Origin: a virus
Taxonomy: Duplodnaviria > Caudoviricetes
Reading direction: 5' to 3' (one strand)
Length of the DNA: 55,027 bases
IMG/VR virus record: IMGVR_UViG_3300030116_003984
Coordinates: 1-55,027 of that record
Made by a program: the position numbers and the translations under genes. Each line of letters starts with the position of its first letter. Positions within the stretch are counted from its first letter, which is position 1. Below the pieces are notes generated by a model. It made no database searches. It worked only from the letters and a program-made list of their open reading frames with translations, and had not been told where the DNA came from. Below, piece by piece: positions 20,896 to 29,566 of the stretch.

Positions 20896-22455
20896 TTATG
20901 CAATATAAGGTACGTGTATTTTAAACTTACCAGCTGTTAAAGCAACACTATTAGCTGTCGTTACTGTAATATTTGTTTTAGCTGTATTACTAACCTTAAT
21001 AACTGTCCCGCTTCCAGCAGGAGTTGTTCTAGTAACAGCTGTTGCGCTATTAAATGGAGCAGCGTCAAAATTAGTTTCATCATGTATAGCATCAACATCA
21101 GCCGCCCCTCCTGAATAACCAACCGCTATAGTTGGAGTTCCAGAACTAACCGTAAGAGCTGTTTCCATTTCTATAATAGCTCTATCTAAAAGTATTATTG
21201 CACCAGCAGGAATAAGTTCTGAACCAACAATAAAAGTGGTATTAGCGGTTCCTCCATTAACAGAAAAATCATAAGTTGCAGTAGCAATATTTACTCCTCC
21301 TGGAGCATCAGCCCAACTTCTAACTCCTGCTGTAGTAGAAACTAATACCTGACCGTTAGCGGTAGGGTTACCAAGCGCTCTCTCTGATTCGTCAGAATTT
21401 AATATCTTTGAAACCTTCCAGCCATCAGTAGCGCCTAAATAGTTAGCTTGTATTAGTATTGGTTTTGTAGAGCCATTTAAAGCTTCAGCGTCAGTAAGGT
21501 CTACCCCTCCAATAGTAACTTTGTTTCCACCAGCTGTATTTGCTGTAATGTCTGCTCTATACCAAATGTCAAATCTATCACCAGGTAAAGCTGCTGTAGA
21601 TATTGGTAAATTAAATGCTGAAGCTAAAGTTTTTGTTCCAGTAATATTTACTACACCAGCATCAGTACCAGCAAGTAAATCTTCTAATGTACCTCCAGTA
21701 GTAGCCGCAATGTCTTTAACACCTTCAGCTTGAAAAGGAATATCTTTACCTCTAAATTCATCTACTTTTTTATCAGTAGCGTCATTTCTAAACAGCTCTC
21801 TATATCCTTTATAATGTTTTTGAAAAGCGATGCAATCTGTAAGACCATTTAAAACAAAATCAGAACTGTCTTTTAAAAATATCTTATCGTATCCAGTATA
21901 TCCCGAAACTACGCTTTCTGTATTTCTTACAGTAACAGAACCTGTGTTATTATATGCTAATCTTAAAATTACAATATCTCCTTCTTGAACAACATCATCA
22001 AGGTTATCTGTAGATAAATTATCTCTTAAATAAGCAAAACTATTTGAAAGAGTAGGGCAAAGAATAGTTGTTATAGGGCCTGTTCTTTCATATTTTAAAA
22101 CATTACCATTAGTGTTAGATGCTAAAGTTATATTTGAAGTGTTTCTACCTATTGTATCAAACTTTGTTACAAATCTTGTAATTTCAGTAGCAGAAGAATG
22201 AACAGTTCCCTGAACAGCTGCTGCGTTATTGTAAACCCAATATTTAAAATTGTATTGTTGAGCCAAATCTGATACAGCATCAGTATCAACAAGTTTATCG
22301 TTCATTTGAGCATGGGTGCGAATTACTCGCAATCCAGTTGCGTCATTAGTTAAATTTGTTATTATACCTGTGCTTGAGCCAGCTGAACCACTCGTTGTGG
22401 TTATGTAAAGCATTCCTGTGCCGCTGCCTAAATCTGTTTCTAAATTAATTGCCAT
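20896..22455 (-). CDS. Tail or head fibre-like structural protein
   Basis: 519 aa T/A/G-rich beta protein; GQVLVSTTAGVRSW fibre linker. Confidence 0.55.
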   Translation of the reverse strand: MAINLETDLGSGTGMLYITTTSGSAGSSTGIITNLTNDATGLRVIRTHAQMNDKLVDTDAVSDLAQQYNFKYWVYNNAAAVQGTVHSSATEITRFVTKFDTIGRNTSNITLASNTNGNVLKYERTGPITTILCPTLSNSFAYLRDNLSTDNLDDVVQEGDIVILRLAYNNTGSVTVRNTESVVSGYTGYDKIFLKDSSDFVLNGLTDCIAFQKHYKGYRELFRNDATDKKVDEFRGKDIPFQAEGVKDIAATTGGTLEDLLAGTDAGVVNITGTKTLASAFNLPISTAALPGDRFDIWYRADITANTAGGNKVTIGGVDLTDAEALNGSTKPILIQANYLGATDGWKVSKILNSDESERALGNPTANGQVLVSTTAGVRSWADAPGGVNIATATYDFSVNGGTANTTFIVGSELIPAGAIILLDRAIIEMETALTVSSGTPTIAVGYSGGAADVDAIHDETNFDAAPFNSATAVTRTTPAGSGTVIKVSNTAKTNITVTTANSVALTAGKFKIHVPYIA

Positions 22456-22463
22456 TTTTTAAA

Positions 22464-23144
22464 TTATTTAGTTCCTTCTATATCGAAGTATATTCTTAAT
22501 GATTGACCATCTAGCTGATTATTAGCTAAAGGCACTCCTCTAAAACCTAGTTGGTCTGCAATAATTCTAAAACTAAAAGACCCGCTAGCTTGGTTAAAAC
22601 ACTCTACGTCATACTGATTTAATTCTTGAGCATAATTAGATGTGTCAGTTCTATTTTTAACATATGCTTTTACGCTATATGAAGTGTGTGCATTTGTCAT
22701 AAATGCAGAAACGTTATATTGATTATTTACCCCAACAGCAGTGTTAGCAGAAGCAATCGTAGGCTGCTTGTATCCTGTTAAAGTGCTGTTTGTTATTGTT
22801 TCTATAAAAGCTTGTGTAAGAGTATGATTAGTTCCAGAAACAGAAAGGTCTACATAAAAGCAATATTTTTCTGCCGCTTGCCTGTGACTTACTCTTTGAA
22901 GATTTTTTATTTTGCTATCTAAACTTGATATTCTACCTTCGTTGTTAGTTATTTTGCTAGTATTATTTGCAATGTTTTGCGTATTATTACCTGTAACGTT
23001 TACGGTATACACAAAAGGATTCCCTGCAGTCCCAGAACCTGTTTTAGAAACAGATGTACCAGTACCAGCTACAACTTTAACATGTTGGTTTGATTTATTA
23101 GAATACGGTATTACTACTTGTGCCATTTTTTTATTTTTAATCAC
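22464..23144 (-). CDS. Fibre-like structural protein
   Basis: VVAGTGTSVSKTGSGTAGNPFVY linker, short coiled coil, beta C-terminal domain. Confidence 0.5.
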   Translation of the reverse strand: MIKNKKMAQVVIPYSNKSNQHVKVVAGTGTSVSKTGSGTAGNPFVYTVNVTGNNTQNIANNTSKITNNEGRISSLDSKIKNLQRVSHRQAAEKYCFYVDLSVSGTNHTLTQAFIETITNSTLTGYKQPTIASANTAVGVNNQYNVSAFMTNAHTSYSVKAYVKNRTDTSNYAQELNQYDVECFNQASGSFSFRIIADQLGFRGVPLANNQLDGQSLRIYFDIEGTK

Positions 23145-24666
23145 ATCCCGTGCATCCAGAGCAACCTGTCACACTTAAAATGTTTTGATAATATTTATTA
23201 ATTTTTGCTTCTTTTGCATTACATTTAATAGCCCATTCAAAAAGACCAACCAAAATCATAGCTTCATTTAATTTGTTTAAGTCTAAAGCTGCTGCTTTTG
23301 GATTTTTTAACTTATTTTCCTCATATCTATCTTGAAGTTTCTTCAAACAACAATATACTTCACATAATAAATCTCCATATTGACTACCAGCTGCAGTAAT
23401 AGAGCCTATTAGGGTTGTGTCTAAAACACAATCTACATCAAAATTAACAGAAGCACTATACCATGTAACAAATTCAAGTTCAAAGTCAAAAGGAATAGAA
23501 AGATTGTATGGTTGAGCATCCATTACAGTCCCAGGAATAGGGTCTAATGCAAAGTCAGGAAAGCCTGGTATACTTAAAGTGTTAGTAGCAGTCAAAGAAT
23601 TATAAGTGACTAATATACACGCATTAATTAAGTTATGTAAATCTGCATCCTGAGCTGTTATTGTAGGGCAAACCTCACCTATAAAAGTAGAAGACCAATT
23701 ACCATCTGCTAAAGGAGAAGCGGTGCATGTATCACCAAAAAAAACAGGCTCATCTACACCGTCTACAACGTCTGCTGGAGAACCTGGCGGGGGATTTACA
23801 CTAAAGTCTGATTCTAACTCTATGGTTGAACCAGAATTTGCTAAATCAGTATATGTTGTTGTGTTAAGAACAGGGCACATAGTAAATTGTGCTGCGCTGT
23901 TAAGCCCATTATTAACTGCCATTTCACTAAACATCGAGCAAATATTAAAATGATTTGTATTTGCATACACTGTTGATACGCCATCATAAATACTTTCAGC
24001 AAATGGTTGGTCTATACCAATAGGTAGCGACCAACTTGCAGAGCTTGTTGCGCAGTCAACACTTTGATTTGTTGGCGCACCAGGCCCCACAGCTGTAGGT
24101 ACATATATTGCTGTTATTATGTTTTCATGCCCCTCACTACCAAAATAAACAACACAAACAAGACCATCTAAATTGTTAGTGTGACTTGGCATAGAAGAAG
24201 TCCCAGTTCCATTAAAATTACCTGTAACAGTTATTTTATATTCTTCTGGGTCTTCATTTAAATTAGCTCCACCAACAGGAAAATCACTATGTCTAGCCAT
24301 TTTAAAATGGTTTCTAGTAATGTTTGTTGTAGGTACCGATGGAGGCCCCCATGGAGCAGCTTCAGTAACAGCGAGTGTTTGGGTTGAAGTTGCAATACCT
24401 ATATCACCTAACTCCATAGTTCCATCTGCAAAAGCTATACCTAAATTTGCTTCGTTATCTAAGCTGTTTTGAAAGTAATCACTAGCTTTAAAAATTCTTA
24501 TAGTTTTTTCAGCTTCAGCAAATGCAAGTTGATTAGCAGGTGTGTCACTTGAGTCTGTAAATGTTTTAAATCTTGTCAATAACTCAACAGAGCTAACATT
24601 ACCAGGGGAAGGAGAACCCGAATAGTTTAACTTTTTTTGTATATTTATTTTAAAACTATATGCCAT
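23137..24666 (-). CDS. Structural protein with Cys-rich C-terminal domain (tail hub-like)
   Basis: CEVYCCLKKL...CSGCTGC. Confidence 0.5.
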   Translation of the reverse strand: MAYSFKINIQKKLNYSGSPSPGNVSSVELLTRFKTFTDSSDTPANQLAFAEAEKTIRIFKASDYFQNSLDNEANLGIAFADGTMELGDIGIATSTQTLAVTEAAPWGPPSVPTTNITRNHFKMARHSDFPVGGANLNEDPEEYKITVTGNFNGTGTSSMPSHTNNLDGLVCVVYFGSEGHENIITAIYVPTAVGPGAPTNQSVDCATSSASWSLPIGIDQPFAESIYDGVSTVYANTNHFNICSMFSEMAVNNGLNSAAQFTMCPVLNTTTYTDLANSGSTIELESDFSVNPPPGSPADVVDGVDEPVFFGDTCTASPLADGNWSSTFIGEVCPTITAQDADLHNLINACILVTYNSLTATNTLSIPGFPDFALDPIPGTVMDAQPYNLSIPFDFELEFVTWYSASVNFDVDCVLDTTLIGSITAAGSQYGDLLCEVYCCLKKLQDRYEENKLKNPKAAALDLNKLNEAMILVGLFEWAIKCNAKEAKINKYYQNILSVTGCSGCTGCD

Positions 24667-24968
24667 TAGTTAAGTGTTGGTGTTGGTGTTGTTATTGAAT
24701 CTGGCCCTGGTGTGTCTGGCTCATTACAACAATCCTCACATTGTGTTATTTCGTCAAACTCATCTAAATAACTCATCATATCTTCGTCATCAACAAGCTC
24801 ACTGTCTGTATCACAATCTTGAGACAAGTCTATTAACTCAAGCAATATGTTTACATGTAAAAGGTCAGAAAGCATTTTACTTTCTTTAAAACTACCTGTT
24901 CCTTTTACATTCAGATATTTCTGGTAAAAGGTGTGAGCGCATTTATATAGGTTACAATTTATTATCAT
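24666..24968 (-). CDS. Stand-alone Cys-rich hub-like domain protein
   Basis: CNLYKC...CEDCC; paralogous to both neighbours. Confidence 0.5.
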   Translation of the reverse strand: MIINCNLYKCAHTFYQKYLNVKGTGSFKESKMLSDLLHVNILLELIDLSQDCDTDSELVDDEDMMSYLDEFDEITQCEDCCNEPDTPGPDSITTPTPTLN

Positions 24969-25853
24969 CTAACAATCTAAACAATCTGAACATTCCATTA
25001 TTTCTCCCATTTCTAAAACATAAGCATTAAAGTCGTCATTTTTACCGCACATTAAAGCTCTTTTAGCAAGCCTAGCTAATTGCAAGGCATATTTTGTTTT
25101 GTTGTAGTATTCTAATTCTAGCTCTTTACTTTCGTTTCTAAATTCCTTGTATTTTTCAAATAAAGATTTTAAACAACACTTTAAACTACAAAGTCTATTA
25201 TTACAATCTACAGTTATTTGATTTATATTTAAATTAGGAGCAATATAAAACTCTACATCAGTATCTGTAGTTATAGTCCCCGTTGGAGTTATAGATATTG
25301 GATAAAAACCATCAAAAGAAGTTAAATTTACATTGTAAACTCCAGCACATATTGGGAAAATCTCTTCTGTTGCCGCTTGGCCAACATTAACAGTTCCGCA
25401 ATTAACAGTATCCCCGCTAGCATGTTTTACTTCTAACTGTAATGGACTTATAAAAGTTATAGGCACAACAACTGAGTCATATGAAATAGTCCATGTTGTA
25501 TTTTCTGTTACTGTAAGTTTTGACTCTATACAAACCAAATCAGAGCTAAAGCTTAACGTAGGATTTCCTGAAAACGTAGGAGCGCTATAATAAAGGGTTG
25601 TTGAAGACGTGTCTCCATCATCATCTGTAACATCAAAAACATAAGTTCCCACAGGCATAAACGTTGTTATTTCTGGTATATTTAGTAAACCAGAAAAAAC
25701 AGTTTCTACTCCAGGAGTGCTATAAATGTTACCGCTAGGCATAGTTATATTTACCGTAGCATTAGCGGTAGTCATTTTAACTTCAATACCAACAGTACCA
25801 GAGTTATCACTGTCGTCATAAAACTTAATATCTAATCCGTTATTAGTAGCCAT
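24969..25853 (-). CDS. Structural protein with Cys-rich C-terminal domain (tail hub-like)
   Basis: CSLKCCLKSL...CSDCLDC. Confidence 0.5.
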   Translation of the reverse strand: MATNNGLDIKFYDDSDNSGTVGIEVKMTTANATVNITMPSGNIYSTPGVETVFSGLLNIPEITTFMPVGTYVFDVTDDDGDTSSTTLYYSAPTFSGNPTLSFSSDLVCIESKLTVTENTTWTISYDSVVVPITFISPLQLEVKHASGDTVNCGTVNVGQAATEEIFPICAGVYNVNLTSFDGFYPISITPTGTITTDTDVEFYIAPNLNINQITVDCNNRLCSLKCCLKSLFEKYKEFRNESKELELEYYNKTKYALQLARLAKRALMCGKNDDFNAYVLEMGEIMECSDCLDC

Positions 25854-25872
25854 TTAAAATAATTATCAAATA

Positions 25873-25903
25873 CAAATATAAGAAATATAGTGATTGTATT
25901 CAA
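25873..25903 (-). promoter_or_regulatory. Bacteroidota promoter for tail operon
   Basis: TTG-N20-TATATTTG. Confidence 0.75.
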
Positions 25904-25904
25904 A

Positions 25905-25931
25905 TAAAAAGGCGACCAATGGCCGCCCTTT
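25905..25931 (-). terminator. Rho-independent terminator
   Basis: Minus strand GGCGGCC-ATT-GGTCGCC then TTTTT. Confidence 0.75.
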
Positions 25932-25949
25932 CATGATTAGAAGTTGGTA

Positions 25950-26834
25950 TTACTTCTTTTTAGCCTTCTTCTTAGCCTTTGGCTTTTTAATTGCTAAGCC
26001 TTCAACTTTTTCATTAACAGGAAGCATTTCTTCTTCTTCTTGCTCTAAAGCTTCTAGTTTACCAAGTTTTCTTAATATTTCTTGATATACTACCTCACCT
26101 TCATTTTCAAAAGTCCAATCAACAAAATAATCACGCTTGTCAGCTCCTACAGGAACATGAACAATAGTAGCTGTGGTATTTCCTAATAACCAACACACTT
26201 CATTTCTGTTACCAGAAAAAGTAATTATGTTTGCTTGCTCTGCATCCATAATAACCTGTATTCTTTCTGTACGTGGGTCATCAATGCCTTCTAAAAATGC
26301 AACAGGGTCGCTTTTAGCAAAATTCATCATATCCCATTTAATCTCATACATACTTCTATCAATATTGATACCTAAAGCTCTAGCATATCCTACTAGTTTT
26401 TGAGCATCCATAGTAGAAGCAGCGTATGTAGCATGCACAGATGTTTCTTCGTCAGCAACTCTTTGCTCAGCATTTACTTCTAAATCAACTTTATAAAAAA
26501 GAGTTTTTTTATCTTCTCTTCTATTAGGATTAGTTTCGTTATAGTTGCAATTCTCTAAGTACTTAATAAGGCTAGCCGATTCTGGTCTAACACTTAAAAT
26601 TCCTCCTTGAAATACAATATCTTGTAAAACAGGATTTTTTGTTGTTTGTTCATCAGCATAAATTGATGATTCACCAGCAACGTATCTTATAAGTCTATTT
26701 GTATTTGTTTTAGGGTCATATATTTCATCTATTGATGGTATACGATATGTAACCGTATTTCTTTGACCGCTATAAGTGGCAGATTTGCCAGCTCTGGATA
26801 ACCTGAATGTAACAGGTTTTCTTGTTCTTTTCAT
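25950..26834 (-). CDS. Conserved protein downstream of major capsid protein
   Basis: RLIRYVAGESSIYADEQ and IVFQGGILSV; position conserved in crAss-like head modules. Confidence 0.6.
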   Translation of the reverse strand: MKRTRKPVTFRLSRAGKSATYSGQRNTVTYRIPSIDEIYDPKTNTNRLIRYVAGESSIYADEQTTKNPVLQDIVFQGGILSVRPESASLIKYLENCNYNETNPNRREDKKTLFYKVDLEVNAEQRVADEETSVHATYAASTMDAQKLVGYARALGINIDRSMYEIKWDMMNFAKSDPVAFLEGIDDPRTERIQVIMDAEQANIITFSGNRNEVCWLLGNTTATIVHVPVGADKRDYFVDWTFENEGEVVYQEILRKLGKLEALEQEEEEMLPVNEKVEGLAIKKPKAKKKAKKK

Positions 26835-26856
26835 TTGTCTAAAATTTAATAAAATT

Positions 26857-26885
26857 AAAAAAAGGAGGGGGGATTAACCCCCTCC
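26857..26885 (-). terminator. Rho-independent terminator after capsid gene
   Basis: GGAGGGGG/CCCCCTCC stem followed by T run. Confidence 0.8.
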
Positions 26886-26914
26886 AAATATAATAAGCAA
26901 TTATGCTCTTTCAA
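26885..26914 (-). promoter_or_regulatory. Bacteroidota promoter initiating inside the capsid terminator
   Basis: TTG-N19-TATATTTG ending at the first base of the hairpin. Confidence 0.55.
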
Positions 26915-28382
26915 TCAAGAAGAATCTGTTTGGAGCGAATCCTTCAAATCCTCTTTCAGTTCTATAGTGGCAACGTAATTCGTCAACCTCAGATGTAGCT
27001 TGCTCTAAACCAGCAGAACCAGTTAACCAGTGCTCCATCTCACGAGAGTAACCTCCTGCTTCTTTGTAACGAATACGTAAAGAAGGAATGTTATCACCTG
27101 TACGAGCGTCTTTTCCATTGTCACCTGGGATTACGATACCCATTCCTGGATAATCAAATCCGTCAGCACCCAACATTGGGAAGTGAGAAAGCGCTTCATA
27201 AGTTTTCTTGTGGAATACATATCCACCTCTCATGAATGACTTGAAGCCCATTGCTACAGCAATTTCTTCAGCACCGTTGAAAGCACCGTAAGAAATACCA
27301 CCACCAGCAAACATAGCTGCAACAGCATCATCAATAGCTAATGATAAATCAATACCAGCAAAGATAGTGTTCTCACGAGAACCTCTATACTTGTCTAATG
27401 TACGAATCATTGAGTCAAAATCAGATAAGTTGAAACCAGCAAGTTGGTTATAGTTATGAGTGTTACCGTTGTTACGGATAAAAGGAATAAGACCTTCAGT
27501 ACCACGTAAGTTAGTAGCAGTGTAGATAGCCTCTGTAGAAACAGCTTGGTTACCTAATAACATTTGCATTTCACAGTAATCCATGAATCGCTTGTATGTA
27601 TCACCTTCACCTTTTAAGTACCATAAGTATCCACGCTGTCCAGTAGACTCATCTTCAACCTCAAACCAAATTTTGTTTGTAGCCTCAGAACCAGAAACTC
27701 TGTATGATTCTTTCATAATCATAACATTGTTTTTGTACTCGATAACTTGTGGAGTAAGTCCAGTTGGCTGACCAGTTCCTTCAGCAAACTCAGTACCAAT
27801 AATGATAAGAGTATCACCTACAGCTGGAGCAGTCATTTGTGAACCATCGTAGCTTAATACGTGAAATACAACCTGAGTGTGTGAAGCAGCAGTACCACCA
27901 GTAACACCCGTAGAGTGTCCATCCATAAATACACCAGAGTTACCGTACTTACCACCAAAGATAGCAACAACAACACCTGTTTCGCCATATTTGTTTTGTA
28001 CGATATTACCAATACGTAATGGAGTGGAAACGTCAGTAGCGTTATCAGCACCGTCTAATGCACCAATAGTCTCCATAGAACCTGCCTGTAAAGCAAACTC
28101 ACGACCATCAGTCAAAGTTGTATCTTCTGCAGTTACTGTAACATTTTGGTGAATAAAATCTTCTTCGTAGTGGTAGTACTCTTTTTGAGCAACTGGCGCT
28201 TTAGCGCTAATCATTTCAAGGAATCCTGTGATACCTTGACTTCCGTATCTTTTTACAAAATCTTCAGACACATCTGGCTCATGAATAGATAATCCAGAGT
28301 GGAAGTTTGATGAAGATACATAATTTTGTAGGGTAGCAACCTGTAACGCACTAGGAATACCACCGCCTGTAAATGTAGCCAT
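26901..28382 (-). CDS. Major capsid protein
   Basis: 493 aa; KRYGSQGITGFL, GTEFAEGT, YRVSGSE, GYLWYLK, RFMDYCEMQM, GTEGL; high-expression codon bias; follows portal and scaffold. Confidence 0.85.
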   Translation of the reverse strand: MATFTGGGIPSALQVATLQNYVSSSNFHSGLSIHEPDVSEDFVKRYGSQGITGFLEMISAKAPVAQKEYYHYEEDFIHQNVTVTAEDTTLTDGREFALQAGSMETIGALDGADNATDVSTPLRIGNIVQNKYGETGVVVAIFGGKYGNSGVFMDGHSTGVTGGTAASHTQVVFHVLSYDGSQMTAPAVGDTLIIIGTEFAEGTGQPTGLTPQVIEYKNNVMIMKESYRVSGSEATNKIWFEVEDESTGQRGYLWYLKGEGDTYKRFMDYCEMQMLLGNQAVSTEAIYTATNLRGTEGLIPFIRNNGNTHNYNQLAGFNLSDFDSMIRTLDKYRGSRENTIFAGIDLSLAIDDAVAAMFAGGGISYGAFNGAEEIAVAMGFKSFMRGGYVFHKKTYEALSHFPMLGADGFDYPGMGIVIPGDNGKDARTGDNIPSLRIRYKEAGGYSREMEHWLTGSAGLEQATSEVDELRCHYRTERGFEGFAPNRFFLIERA

Positions 28383-28406
28383 TTTTTATAACTATTTAAT
28401 TATTAA

Positions 28407-29522
28407 TTAATTTCCTTTTTTCCAAGCGTTATAAATTTGTGCGGCTAAAGATTTTTTACCATCAGAATTAGTTTTACTAGAAGCTTCAAATGAAGGATTT
28501 TTTATGTCTTTCAACACATCTTCCCTTCCTTGAGAGCGAAACTGTGAATATGCTGCTTTTAAAATATTTTCATAATTATTTAAAATTATAAAATCTTTTT
28601 TAAGCTTTTGAACATCATTAGTTCCGTCTTCTTTAATATATCTAGTCCAAAAAGTAGAAAGGTCACTCATATCAGCTTTTACTTTTGAAATAACGTCATC
28701 TGTTAATGTATAATTAAAAGACTCTCCATTATCATTTAATGCAAAAGCAATCGGTTCCGACTCAGAAGTAGCTTTTTCAACTACATCAGACCACTCTTTG
28801 TTTTTTCTAGCTATCTCTTCTTGAGACATGCCAGTCGAAACTTCTTGTGGTTTTTCCTCAACAATCTCTTGCTTAGGTTCTTCTTTCTTTTCTGTAACCA
28901 AATACTTTTTTTGTTCTTCAACTAATTTTCGTTTTGCCTCTTTAGCATCACGCCTAAGTTTTAACTTGGACAACTTTATTTGGTCTTCTTCAAATTCCTC
29001 TTCATCAAGTTTGTATCTATCACTAAATAGTAAAGAAATATCTTCATCTGTTAAGTCTCTATCTAAAGCTTTCATTTCTGCTTTAATTAGGTCTACATCA
29101 GACATCTCATCATAATTAGTGAGCTGAGTTGAAAGAAAATCTTCCATTTGTCCACCTTTTTCCATAAAATCAAGAAGAGTATTCAACCTTTCGTCTTCAT
29201 ACTTTTTTTGCTCTTTTGGTTCAGGCTTGTTTTCTAATGCCTCTTTCAATTCCTCAAACGACTTAAATTTCCCGTCAAACTTTTCGCTTAACATGGAGTT
29301 AAAGTCTGGCGATACAACCTCTTCAGAAGTTTCCTCTGTAGAAGTAACATCCTCTTTATTATCTAAAGAACTATCTGCTGATTCTTTTGTCTCCTCAGCA
29401 ACAGGAGATTCTTCTTTAACTTCAGTGTTTTCAACTGGAGCTTGTTCTACTGTTTTTTCAGTTTCACCCTCTTTGCCTACTAATTTGTAACCTAAAGAAG
29501 CTGCAATGTCTTTATTATCCAT
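28407..29522 (-). CDS. Capsid scaffolding protein
   Basis: Acidic coiled-coil protein between portal and capsid genes. Confidence 0.65.
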   Translation of the reverse strand: MDNKDIAASLGYKLVGKEGETEKTVEQAPVENTEVKEESPVAEETKESADSSLDNKEDVTSTEETSEEVVSPDFNSMLSEKFDGKFKSFEELKEALENKPEPKEQKKYEDERLNTLLDFMEKGGQMEDFLSTQLTNYDEMSDVDLIKAEMKALDRDLTDEDISLLFSDRYKLDEEEFEEDQIKLSKLKLRRDAKEAKRKLVEEQKKYLVTEKKEEPKQEIVEEKPQEVSTGMSQEEIARKNKEWSDVVEKATSESEPIAFALNDNGESFNYTLTDDVISKVKADMSDLSTFWTRYIKEDGTNDVQKLKKDFIILNNYENILKAAYSQFRSQGREDVLKDIKNPSFEASSKTNSDGKKSLAAQIYNAWKKGN

Positions 29523-29548
29523 AACTTAAATTAAATTAAACCTAATTG

Positions 29549-29556
29549 CAAATATA
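29549..29556 (-). promoter_or_regulatory. -7 element of promoter for scaffold/capsid
   Basis: TATATTTG 27 nt upstream of ATG. Confidence 0.65.
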
Positions 29557-29566
29557 TTAAAAAAAA

